Below are positions 1 to 8,268 of a stretch of 24,036 bases of DNA, in pieces. The notes under the pieces are model-generated. The model worked only from the letters and a program-made list of their open reading frames with translations. It had not been told where the DNA came from and did not search any database. The stretch is from Clostridia bacterium. Lineage in GTDB: Bacteria > Bacillota > Clostridia > Christensenellales > Aristaeellaceae. Made by a program: the position numbers and the translations under genes. The stretch spans positions 1-24,036 of the forward strand of contig JAZLIA010000081.1 in assembly GCA_045617125.1 (NCBI GenBank), written 5' to 3'. Numbering within the stretch: position 1 is the first letter of the stretch; every line of letters begins with the position of its first letter.

Positions 1-264
1 GACGGCCAAACTGACCCGGCTGCCCGTTTGCGGGACGGCCAAACTGGCCCGGCTGCCCGTTTGCGGGACGGCCAAACTGACCCGGCTGCCCGTTTGCGGG
101 ACGGCCATACTGGCCCGGCTGCCCGTTTGCGGGACGACCAAACTGACCCGGCTGCCCGTTTGCGGGACGTCCATACTGACCCGGCTGCCCGTTTGCGGGA
201 CGGCCAAACTGGCCCGGCTGCCCGTTGGCAGGACGGCCAAAGTTGCCCTGAGAATTTGCAGGCC
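1..264 (-). repeat. In-frame 33-bp tandem repeat: 7 near-perfect copies plus 1 degenerate copy, truncated by the window edge
   Basis: Units start at 1, 34, 67, 100, 133, 166 and 199, with a degenerate unit at 232. Plus-strand consensus is gacggccaaactgacccggctgcccgtttgcgg. On the coding (minus) strand each unit encodes PANGQPGQ(F/Y)GR. Confidence 0.95.
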
Positions 265-1030
265 GTCCGTAAGGACCTTGCTGATTGACCGGACGTGTAT
301 TCTGCATACCCGCATTCACACCATTCCTCTGTCCCTGGTTGCCAGGCTGAACATTGGCGGAACGCGTATTCTGAACAGGCTGCACAGGCACACTCGCACG
401 CGGAGCCGGTGCGGCACTATTCTGCTGTGCATTCGCAGGCTTATTTGATGTGCCGGAAACGCTCACATTCTCCTTTGCTGTCTGCGTTTGAGTCAAAGGA
501 CGAACATTTCCTTCTCCTGCTGCAGGTTTCTTTTCCGCGGGCTTTTCCTCTGCATTCACAGCAGGCTTTTTATCTTGCTTTTCTGCTGCCGGTTCAGCCT
601 TTTTGACTGCCGGCTCCTTATGAGTCGCTTCCTTTTCAGCAAAAGCAGCCGGAGCCTCTGCAGGTTCCTTCTCCGTTTCTGCTTTCTTCACGGCTTTGTC
701 TTCAACCGTTTCCTTCAGGGAAGCAGCCGCCTTTTCGGGCGTGGCAGACTTCTCTGACGGTTTTTCCGTCAATTTATTTGCTATTTCCTCCGCAGGCTTT
801 TCCTCATCATCCGGCATGGTCCACGCTTTGGTATGCTGGCTGATCAGGTTCTGATTTTCTTCTTCTTTCCTGCGGCGTTCTGCTTCTTCCTCCGCGCGCG
901 CAAGCTGGCTCTCCTGCTTCTTCAGCTGCTGAAGCAGGCTGTCGATATTTCGCCGGATCCTGCCGGTCTCTTCCAGCATACCCCCGGCCTGTTGGGTGAT
1001 CTCTTTTGTGACGTCTGACAGTTTTGCCAT
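1..1030 (-). CDS. infB: Probable translation initiation factor IF-2, N-terminal region (gene continues beyond window start)
   Basis: ATG at 1030-1028 is preceded by GGAGGG about 10 nt upstream. I translated the minus frame by hand and it stays open to position 1 (343 codons). It begins MAKLSDVTKEITQQAGGMLEETGRIRRNIDSLLQQLKKQESQLARAEEEAERRRKEEE, followed by a low-complexity P/A/E/K region and then Q/G/P/N-rich repeats. It sits directly after rimP-nusA-ylxR-ylxQ, which is the canonical infB position in Firmicutes. No GTPase domain is visible in the window, so the call rests on synteny and IF-2-like N-terminal composition. Confidence 0.6.
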   Translation of the reverse strand, partial: MAKLSDVTKEITQQAGGMLEETGRIRRNIDSLLQQLKKQESQLARAEEEAERRRKEEENQNLISQHTKAWTMPDDEEKPAEEIANKLTEKPSEKSATPEKAAASLKETVEDKAVKKAETEKEPAEAPAAFAEKEATHKEPAVKKAEPAAEKQDKKPAVNAEEKPAEKKPAAGEGNVRPLTQTQTAKENVSVSGTSNKPANAQQNSAAPAPRASVPVQPVQNTRSANVQPGNQGQRNGVNAGMQNTRPVNQQGPYGRPANSQGNFGRPANGQPGQFGRPANGQPGQYGRPANGQPGQFGRPANGQPGQYGRPANGQPGQFGRPANGQPGQFGRPANGQPGQFGR

Positions 1031-1059
1031 GGAATGCTTGCCCTCCGCATCAGCATGAA

Positions 1060-1377
1060 TTATTTCTCAGGATCATTATCCTTTGGGATCAAAGTTAGAA
1101 TATGTTCCGCCATGCTCCCCCGGAGTATCGCGGCTGCGATAATGCCGTCATTTCCGATTGATTCTCCCAAGCTTCCGCTTTCTAAAATGATCATCGGAAC
1201 CTGATAATAACGGCATTTGTCTTCGCAAAGTTTCTTTGTGTTTCCAGAAGCATCCTCGTCAAGCAGGAAAAGACCCGCTTTTCCCGACTGCACCAGCTTC
1301 ACCGCTTTTTCGGTGCCTGCCACCAGCATACCGGCACGACGGCTCAGCCCGATGCTGCCTTTCAGTTTATTGTCCAT
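1060..1377 (-). CDS. ylxQ: L7Ae/L30e-family RNA-binding protein (YlxQ-like)
   Basis: GLSRRAGMLVAGTEKAVKLVQSGKAGLFLLDEDASGNTKK matches the L7Ae-family pattern. The position between ylxR and infB is as expected. The track start at 1389 is TTG; the ATG at 1377 (MDNKLKG) overlaps the ylxR stop and is preferred. Confidence 0.8.
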   Translation of the reverse strand: MDNKLKGSIGLSRRAGMLVAGTEKAVKLVQSGKAGLFLLDEDASGNTKKLCEDKCRYYQVPMIILESGSLGESIGNDGIIAAAILRGSMAEHILTLIPKDNDPEK

Positions 1378-1642
1378 CCAGGCTTGCAAGCTGCTGCTTC
1401 AGCTGTTCATACACATCCGGCGAAACGCTGCAGGAAAAGGCTCTTTCGATCTGATGCTGGCGTATCGCCTTTTCCATACATTCTTTTTGCCGGCAGATAT
1501 AGGCTCCTCTGCCGGACATACGTCCGGTCGGATCCAGATCGATCCCGCCCTCCGGAGTGTGTACGATCCTCAGGAGCTGCTTTTTTTCTTTCATCTCACG
1601 GCAGCCGATGCACATCCTGAGGGGCAATTTCTTTGTTTTCAT
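1367..1642 (-). CDS. ylxR: YlxR/DUF448-family RNA-binding protein
   Basis: MKTKKLPLRMCIGCREMKEKKQLLRIV...GRGAYIC is the typical YlxR signature. The start is taken at the internal Met at 1642, because the longer track ORF would overlap the nusA 3' end (nusA stop at 1665). Confidence 0.85.
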   Translation of the reverse strand: MKTKKLPLRMCIGCREMKEKKQLLRIVHTPEGGIDLDPTGRMSGRGAYICRQKECMEKAIRQHQIERAFSCSVSPDVYEQLKQQLASLDGQ

Positions 1643-1664
1643 ATTTCCCCCGACAAAAACAGGA

Positions 1665-2861
1665 TCACAGGATCTCGTCTTCCTCTTCAGACGGCTGATA
1701 ATCGTCATATTCGTCAGCGATCACACGGCCGTTTCCTTCCTGAAGCTCCGGCATATCCTGACCAAGCAGCTCGGCCACCTGAGTCTGGCTCTTGATATCG
1801 ATCTTCCACCCGGTCAGCTTTGCTGCGAGGCGGGCATTCTGCCCTTCTTTACCGATCGCAAGACTCAGCTGATTATCCGGCACCACAACCCGGCAGATCT
1901 TTTCCTTTTCGGAAATAAACACACTCACCACATGAGCAGGGTTCAACGCGTTCGCAACGAATTCGGCAGGATCCTGCGACCATTTGATAATATCGATCTT
2001 CTCATTCTTCAATTCGCCCACAACCTTATCCACGCGATTGCCGCGGGGACCTACACAGGCTCCTACCGGATCGATCAAAGGATCGGTGGAAGTTACTGCC
2101 ATTTTGGTACGGCTTCCGGCCTCACGGGCGATAAACTTGATCTGCACCACGCCGGACGCGATCTCCGGCACTTCCATTTCAAACAGGCGCTTTACAAGTC
2201 CTGTGTGCGTACGGCTTACATATACCTGAGGTGTTCTTCCGGCTTCACGGCTCGTCTTGTGCACAGAAAGAACATATACCTTCACGTGGTCGCCCACATG
2301 ATATTCTTCGCCGGGCATAAACTGTTCTTCTTCAAGAACGCCCTCCGTTCTGCCCAGCTCAACATACACCGATTTTCCTTCGATGCGCTGAACGATGCCG
2401 GTCATGATCTCGTTTTCTTTTTCGATATACTCATCATAGATCTTGCCGCGCTCCGCCTCGTGCAGCTTCTGCATGATCACCTGCTTGGCTGTCTGAGCAG
2501 CAACGCGGTCAAAATTCTGGGGAGTTACGTCGATTTCCAGAATATCGCCCAGTTGAACACCGCTGTTCAGCTTCACAGCGTCATCGAACGCGATCTGCTG
2601 GCTTTGATCTTCCACTTCGTCTGTAACGATCTTTCTGGCAAAAATCTGGATCCCGTTCTGACGGGTCACAGAAGCGGTAAGGTTTGCAGGGATCACCTGA
2701 TCTCTTCTCACATTCCGTTTATAGGCTGCTTTACAGCCCTCTTCAAGAGCACTGATTATATAATCTTCATCAATATCCTTTTCCTTCGCAAGAGCAAGGA
2801 TCGCATCAATGATCTCAGCATTTTTATTGATAACCTTTTCTTTCTGAACTTTGGCTGCCAT
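1665..2861 (-). CDS. nusA: Transcription termination/antitermination factor NusA
   Basis: 398 aa. It has an N-terminal domain, an S1 region (GIVQRIEGKSVYVELG) and two KH motifs (DPVGACVGPRGNRV; LAIGKEGQNARLAAKLTGWKIDI), plus an acidic tail. AGGAGA lies 7 nt upstream of the ATG at 2861. Confidence 0.95.
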   Translation of the reverse strand: MAAKVQKEKVINKNAEIIDAILALAKEKDIDEDYIISALEEGCKAAYKRNVRRDQVIPANLTASVTRQNGIQIFARKIVTDEVEDQSQQIAFDDAVKLNSGVQLGDILEIDVTPQNFDRVAAQTAKQVIMQKLHEAERGKIYDEYIEKENEIMTGIVQRIEGKSVYVELGRTEGVLEEEQFMPGEEYHVGDHVKVYVLSVHKTSREAGRTPQVYVSRTHTGLVKRLFEMEVPEIASGVVQIKFIAREAGSRTKMAVTSTDPLIDPVGACVGPRGNRVDKVVGELKNEKIDIIKWSQDPAEFVANALNPAHVVSVFISEKEKICRVVVPDNQLSLAIGKEGQNARLAAKLTGWKIDIKSQTQVAELLGQDMPELQEGNGRVIADEYDDYQPSEEEDEIL

Positions 2862-2882
2862 GACAATATCTCCTGTTCCTTC

Positions 2883-3359
2883 TCATTCTTCATCCAGGGC
2901 GCTCAGATCCGGATGCAGACGGATCACAGATACCGTACTGCGTGGGATCTGTACTGGGCCATTTTCGCTTTCCAGAGTCACTGTTTCCGTGTCCATACCG
3001 ATCAAGGGAAGACAGAACTCCTTCCTGCCGTCAAAAGTCTTGTAAAGGCGAACGTCCACCGTGTATCCGGCATACTTTTTCGCTTCCTTCTCATCCCTCA
3101 CCGGTCGGTCAGCTCCCGGCGAACATACCTCGAGAAAGTCGTAGTCATAATCCTCTACCTTGGGCTGCACAGCACGGTGAAACTTTTCACAATCATCCAA
3201 ATCAATACCGCCATCTCGGTCAGTATCGATATAAATGCGAAGATACCTGCCGGTATGCTCTTTATCAAGACTCACATCAAAAAGCTGATAGCCCAATTGA
3301 GCACAGCAATCCGCCGCGATCTGCTTAACTTTCCTGATTCCCGCATCCATAGCCGGCAT
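2883..3359 (-). CDS. rimP: Ribosome maturation factor RimP
   Basis: 158 aa with FLEVCSPGADRPV (the SPG-DRP motif of RimP). It lies immediately upstream of nusA, as in other Firmicutes. Confidence 0.9.
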   Translation of the reverse strand: MPAMDAGIRKVKQIAADCCAQLGYQLFDVSLDKEHTGRYLRIYIDTDRDGGIDLDDCEKFHRAVQPKVEDYDYDFLEVCSPGADRPVRDEKEAKKYAGYTVDVRLYKTFDGRKEFCLPLIGMDTETVTLESENGPVQIPRSTVSVIRLHPDLSALDEE

Positions 3360-3525
3360 AGGACCCCGCCTTTCGTTCTCTTACTTTCGAGGATATACAG
3401 AAAGAGCGGGCAAAGATCGTGCATCGAAAAACAGGTTAAAGCTTTCGCTCTTTCCTGTACTTCCGCACACAATACCCACTCTTCGCAAAACCCTCTTTCA
3501 ATAAGAAAATCATATTCACCGCGCA

Positions 3526-3554
3526 AGTATATCACTGTTTCCATCCAAATACAA
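3526..3554 (-). promoter_or_regulatory. Putative sigma-A promoter of the rimP-nusA-infB operon
   Basis: On the minus strand: TTGTAT (3554-3549), a 17-nt spacer, then TATACT (3531-3526). TGA immediately precedes the -10, giving an extended -10 TGn. It lies about 165 nt upstream of the rimP ATG. Confidence 0.4.
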
Positions 3555-3675
3555 GTATCCGAAATCAATTGGAAGCATTTTCTTGCAATTTTTCTTGTCA
3601 AATCCGGGTCTTGCCAGGGAATTTCTTCAAAAACGTCTTCTCTGTTCTTCCGAATTACTGTGCAGCAGTCCTGTT

Positions 3676-3873
3676 TCAGGAAATGTTCACAACATGGAAC
3701 CCCTTTTCTTCCACTGCCTGTTTCAGTTCCTCATCCGTTCTTTCTGTTTCAAGCACTGCCTGCTTCTTTTCAAGATCCACTGTGCAGTCATTCCCAAGCA
3801 CATCCAATGCCTTCCGTACCTTTGCTGCGCAATGTTCACAGCGCATTCCTTCGATCATGATCGTTTTTTTCAT
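3676..3873 (-). CDS. Heavy-metal-associated (HMA) domain protein, CopZ-like metallochaperone
   Basis: MKKTIMIEGMRCEHCAAKVRKAL...EEKGFHVVNIS: a single roughly 65-aa ferredoxin-like HMA domain with a GMxCxxC metal-binding motif. AAGGAGGAG lies about 9 nt upstream of the ATG at 3873. The track start at 3897 is GTG and less likely. Confidence 0.8.
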   Translation of the reverse strand: MKKTIMIEGMRCEHCAAKVRKALDVLGNDCTVDLEKKQAVLETERTDEELKQAVEEKGFHVVNIS

Positions 3874-3921
3874 TTTCTGTTTCTCCTCCTTCTTCACAAA
3901 TGACCTTTCATGGTTCCTTCC

Positions 3922-6900
3922 TCAGCCAAACAAACTTACCTGGCTGGTTTCAGCCAGTTCCTCAAGGCAGCCATGATCTCTCAGCAAATCGATTACCGAC
4001 CCGGAAAGACCCGCGCGGTTCTTCAGATCCTCAACCGAAAGGAAAGGCAGAGAACGGGCATCGGCAATTCCCTGGGCCGCGCTTTCTCCAAGCCCACCGA
4101 GAGCCGTAAACGGAATACGCAGTTTTCCGTCTTCAATGGTAAATTCTTTCACCTTGCTCCTATAGAGATGGGCAGGAAGAAATTCAAAGCCCCTGGCCAG
4201 CATTTCCTGAACCATCTCAAGCGCCGTGATCGACTCCTTTTCCTTTGGAGTGATCTCTTTTCGCTGATCCATATCGTAAAGCTGAGCGAGCCGTTCTGCC
4301 ACTCCCTGCTTGTCCATCAGCATCGTAGTGCCGTCAAAACCGTCTCCACGTATGGTAAAATATGCTGCATAATACGCCAAAGGCCGGTACACTTTATACC
4401 AGGCAACTCTCAGCGCCATTGTAACATATGCCACAGCATGCCCTTTGGGGAACATATACTTGATCTTTCGGCAGCTGTCCTCAAACCATTCAGGAACATG
4501 ATGTTCGTGCATGGCATCGGCCATCTCCGGCTTCAACCCCTTGCCCTTGCGCACGAATTCCATCGTATCAAAAGCCATTTTTGCCGGAACGCCCATCTGC
4601 ATCAGCTGATTCATAATATCGTCACGAGTACACAGGCACTGAGAAAGAGGGGCGATCCCTTTGTCGATCAGATCCTTCGCGTTACCAAGCCACACATCCG
4701 TTCCATGGGAAAGTCCGGATATACGGATCAGCTCCTGCATGGTGGAAGGATGCGTATCCTCCAGCATCTGCCGCACAAAAGCAGTACCGAATTCCGGTAC
4801 ACCCAGCGTGCCTGTTTTTATGCCGCCGATCTGTTCGGGAGTGATCCCCAGAGCATTTGGCGATGAAAACAGGCTCATTACCTTTTTGTCACCAAGCGGG
4901 ATCTCTTTATAGTGGATCCCGGTGAGTCCCTCCAGCATATGAAGCATCGTTGGGTCATCATGACCGAGAATATCCAGCTTCACCAGAATATCATGCATGG
5001 AACCAAAATCATAATGAGTCGTCACGATCCCGCATTCCAGATCATCCGCCGGATGTTGAACGGCAGTGAATTGGCAAATGTCAAAAGCCTTCGGTAATAC
5101 GACCATTCCGGCAGGATGCTGACCGGTGGTGCGCTTTACTCCAACGCAGCCGGAAGCCAGCCTCTCCTTTTCAGCGTTTGAAACAGTCCTTCCACGTTCC
5201 TCAAGATACTTGAGCACATAACCGTAAGCAGTTTTCTCCGCCACCGTGCCGATCGTGCCCGCCCGGAACACGTACTTCTCTCCAAACAGTTCCTTTACAT
5301 AATTGTGAGCTGTAGGCTGATATTCACCGGAAAAATTCAGGTCGATATCAGGCACCTTATCGCCTTTGAATCCCAGAAACACCTCAAAAGGAATGTCAAA
5401 CCCATCCTTTACCAACGGCTTTCCACAGCTGGGACACAGCTTATCCGGAAGGTCCACCCCGATCGTATATTTAGACGGAATATCAAAATCCGCCTTTCTG
5501 CAGTTTACGCATCGATAATGAGGCGGAAGAGCATTCACCTCGGTAATACCCGTCAGAAAGGCCACAAAGGAAGAGCCCACCGATCCTCGGCTGCCAACAA
5601 CATAGCCATCACTCAGGGATTTGGCCACCAGTTTATTAGCAATAGAATAAAGCGTCGCATAGCCGTAGCCAATAATGGAATTCAATTCCTTGTTGATCCG
5701 TTTTTCCACCAGTTCAGGAAGCGGATCACCGTAAAGCTCATGCGCCTTGTTCCAGGTCATGCTGCGGATATCGTCCTCCGCTGTTTCCCAAACAGGAGAA
5801 AAAGTGGTTTTTCCCTCCGGATGCTTAGGGAAAAGCGTGATCGTACCGATCCTGTCCGCAATCATCTTGGGGTTGTCGATCACGACCTCATGCGCTTTCT
5901 TCTCCCCAAGATAGGAAAACTCATCCAGCATTTCCCGAGTGGTCTTGAAATAGAGCGGAGGCTGAAGGTCGCAATCCTTATATCCCTGAGAAGCCTGAAG
6001 GATCGTACGGAACACCGCGTCCTCAGGATCCAGAAAATGCACGTCACCGGTAGCCACCACAGGAAGCCCAAGTTTTTCACCCATTTTCACGATCCTGCGG
6101 TTATATTCACGCAAGCCTTCATCATCAGGCACTCTGCCTTCCCGCACCAGAAACTCATTGTTTCCAATAGGCTGAATCTCCAAATAATCATAGAACCGGG
6201 CCATCTTCAGCAGCTTTTCTTCACTTGCCCCATCCACCATTGCAGTGAACAGTTCGCCCGATTCACAGGCGGAACCAACAATGATCCCCTCCCGGTACTT
6301 CTGAAGGACCGCTCTTGGAATAAGCGGCTTACGCTTAAAGTAATTAAGGTGCGATTCAGAGATCAGATGATTGATATTGGTGAGCCCATCCTGCGTAGCC
6401 GCAAGCAGTACGATATGCCAGCTGTTTCCAAGAGTGTATCTGCTGGAAATTCCGTTCAGATCGTCCAGCTTCACCGCTCCTTTTCTGCGTGCTTCATCGA
6501 TCATCGCTGCAAGGCACTTTGCTGTGGCTGCCGCATCATTCACAGCACGGTGAGCGCCTTTCAAAGAAACATTCAGATGCTTGCACACAGCGCCCAATTT
6601 ATGTGAACTGAGATCAGGATACATTTTTCGTGCCAGCATCAGTGTGTCCAGTACCGGCGCACTGTATTCCTGAAGACCCAGCCGTTTCATTTCTGATGCA
6701 AACACACTGCAGTCAAATTTGGCATTATGTGCCGCGATCGCCGCTCCGTCAAGAAATTTCAGAAATTCCCCGATCTTTTCATCCAGAGAAGGTGCATCCT
6801 TCAGCATCTGTGGGGTAATATGAGTAATCTCAGTAATCCTTTCGGGCAGTTCTCTGCCGGGATTGATCAATTGGGAATAGGTACTGACCACCTGCCCATG

Positions 6901-8268
6901 AGACAGGCGGGCCGCCCCGATCTCAATGATGCGGTCTCTGCTGGTATTCAGGCCGGTGGTCTCAAAATCCAGAACGACAATATCCTCTGAAAGATCCTGT
7001 TCTCCCGTATTGATCACCACCTGATCATCATCGGTAAGATATCCTTCAAGGCCCGGAATCAGCTTGATATTATTCTTTTTCGCTGCGCCAAAGGCCTCGG
7101 GATAAGCCTGTGCAACACCGTGATCCGTGATCGCAACGGCCTCATGGCCCCAGGAAGCAGCACGGGCAATGAGCGCCTGCGCTGAGGAAACTGCATCCAT
7201 TGTGGAAAAGCTGGTATGCAAATGCAGCTCGATACGCTTTTCCGGTTCATCATCGCGGCGTACACTGATGGGGATCTCCGTGATATCCCTTACAAGAATC
7301 ACATTTTCCTTGGAAAAATGATCATACTGATAGGTTCCCCTTACCTTAACTCCAATGCCTGCTTTGATGCGGGAAACCACCTGATCCACTTTTGCACGTT
7401 CTTCCGCCGAAATCTCGGGAGCTTTTCCGTCCTCATCCTTTCTCGGATTACGTGCACGGTAGTAAAGAAAGCACTTACATTTGATAGTATCGGTAAGATC
7501 GGTCACAGCAAAGGACAGGAGCAGACCTTCACCGCCTGAGATCTCTCTCGTTTCGGAACTCAGAATCTTTCCGCTGATCACGGCCGTTTCCATTTCACCC
7601 TGAAGCTCTGTGATCGCCACCGGTTCTTCCTGAATGGCTCTGCCCCTGATGTGCTCGCTTATCTTCTTTTCTTCCGTCTTTTTTGCCGTCCTGGCTGTTT
7701 CCTCAGCCAGACGCTGCTCCGTTTTTTCTCTTACAAGGCGCTCTTCTTCTTCTCGTCTGCGAACAAGTTCCTGAAGCCTTGCCTCCTGATCGCCTCTCAC
7801 GCGGAGCACCACATCGGTATCGAGCCGGAATATATCATATATCGTCTCAGACAAACGTTTCTCCACATCCTGTTTTTTCAGGTATCTCATGGAGAATTCA
7901 TCCGGCATATCCAGATATACCTTTCCGTTTCCCGCTGACCAGCCCATATCAAATTCCCATGAACGGGTCGACGGATAATTGCGGATCAGGAAATGATTGA
8001 GCGTCGCAGCATAGCGGTCCGGCTCTTCAAGAAACGCGGTAGCCAGAGAAGGGCTTGCTACTCTCACTGAAAAAGAAAGAGATGGAAACACTTCGGCAAT
8101 CAGCCGCTTGATCGTCATAAATCCGCGTTCGCCGATCAGCACGTCACTGATAAACGAAAAAACCGCACTGTTATCTCCCTTATTATAACGAATACGCTCA
8201 ATATGCAGCTTTCCTTCTGTTTCCGGCAGCACCTTTGTGATTGCCGAAAGCAATTCCTCATAAGTCAT
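3922..8268 (-). CDS. polC: DNA polymerase III alpha subunit, PolC type (Gram-positive)
   Basis: 1448 aa. Contains the PHP motif HLHTSFSTMDA, a 3'-5' exonuclease insert (VVLDFETTGL, HNAKFDCSVF, HRAVNDAAATA) and the polymerase core (PDIDLNFSGEYQ). Its start overlaps the ispG stop by 11 nt. Confidence 0.97.
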   Translation of the reverse strand: MTYEELLSAITKVLPETEGKLHIERIRYNKGDNSAVFSFISDVLIGERGFMTIKRLIAEVFPSLSFSVRVASPSLATAFLEEPDRYAATLNHFLIRNYPSTRSWEFDMGWSAGNGKVYLDMPDEFSMRYLKKQDVEKRLSETIYDIFRLDTDVVLRVRGDQEARLQELVRRREEEERLVREKTEQRLAEETARTAKKTEEKKISEHIRGRAIQEEPVAITELQGEMETAVISGKILSSETREISGGEGLLLSFAVTDLTDTIKCKCFLYYRARNPRKDEDGKAPEISAEERAKVDQVVSRIKAGIGVKVRGTYQYDHFSKENVILVRDITEIPISVRRDDEPEKRIELHLHTSFSTMDAVSSAQALIARAASWGHEAVAITDHGVAQAYPEAFGAAKKNNIKLIPGLEGYLTDDDQVVINTGEQDLSEDIVVLDFETTGLNTSRDRIIEIGAARLSHGQVVSTYSQLINPGRELPERITEITHITPQMLKDAPSLDEKIGEFLKFLDGAAIAAHNAKFDCSVFASEMKRLGLQEYSAPVLDTLMLARKMYPDLSSHKLGAVCKHLNVSLKGAHRAVNDAAATAKCLAAMIDEARRKGAVKLDDLNGISSRYTLGNSWHIVLLAATQDGLTNINHLISESHLNYFKRKPLIPRAVLQKYREGIIVGSACESGELFTAMVDGASEEKLLKMARFYDYLEIQPIGNNEFLVREGRVPDDEGLREYNRRIVKMGEKLGLPVVATGDVHFLDPEDAVFRTILQASQGYKDCDLQPPLYFKTTREMLDEFSYLGEKKAHEVVIDNPKMIADRIGTITLFPKHPEGKTTFSPVWETAEDDIRSMTWNKAHELYGDPLPELVEKRINKELNSIIGYGYATLYSIANKLVAKSLSDGYVVGSRGSVGSSFVAFLTGITEVNALPPHYRCVNCRKADFDIPSKYTIGVDLPDKLCPSCGKPLVKDGFDIPFEVFLGFKGDKVPDIDLNFSGEYQPTAHNYVKELFGEKYVFRAGTIGTVAEKTAYGYVLKYLEERGRTVSNAEKERLASGCVGVKRTTGQHPAGMVVLPKAFDICQFTAVQHPADDLECGIVTTHYDFGSMHDILVKLDILGHDDPTMLHMLEGLTGIHYKEIPLGDKKVMSLFSSPNALGITPEQIGGIKTGTLGVPEFGTAFVRQMLEDTHPSTMQELIRISGLSHGTDVWLGNAKDLIDKGIAPLSQCLCTRDDIMNQLMQMGVPAKMAFDTMEFVRKGKGLKPEMADAMHEHHVPEWFEDSCRKIKYMFPKGHAVAYVTMALRVAWYKVYRPLAYYAAYFTIRGDGFDGTTMLMDKQGVAERLAQLYDMDQRKEITPKEKESITALEMVQEMLARGFEFLPAHLYRSKVKEFTIEDGKLRIPFTALGGLGESAAQGIADARSLPFLSVEDLKNRAGLSGSVIDLLRDHGCLEELAETSQVSLFG

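Noticed and set aside
28-288. An 86-aa plus-strand ORF with a striking DGQTGPAARLR repeat.
   Set aside because: It is the wrong-strand reading of the 33-bp tandem repeat. The minus-strand frame is continuous with a 343-codon ORF that starts at a good ATG/SD in the expected infB position, and the variation between copies is synonymous only in the minus frame.
3272-3601. A 109-aa minus-strand ORF that covers the polC/HMA-rimP intergenic region.
   Set aside because: Its start is a TTG inside a TTGACA hexamer with no SD. It is Cys/Trp-rich with an odd composition. It spans the predicted promoter and overlaps the rimP start by 88 nt in another frame.
1557-3860. A 767-aa plus-strand ORF, the longest plus-strand ORF in the track.
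   Set aside because: It is exactly codon-aligned antisense to nusA and rimP. Both genes have their codon third base at plus positions that are 0 mod 3, which is where the plus ORF begins its codons. In that frame antisense stops arise only from sense TTA, CTA or TCA codons, which this genome evidently avoids. The product is low-complexity F/L/H/R/I-rich sequence with no motifs, and it overlaps four well-supported conserved genes. That it also stays open across the 316-nt intergenic gap looks like chance.
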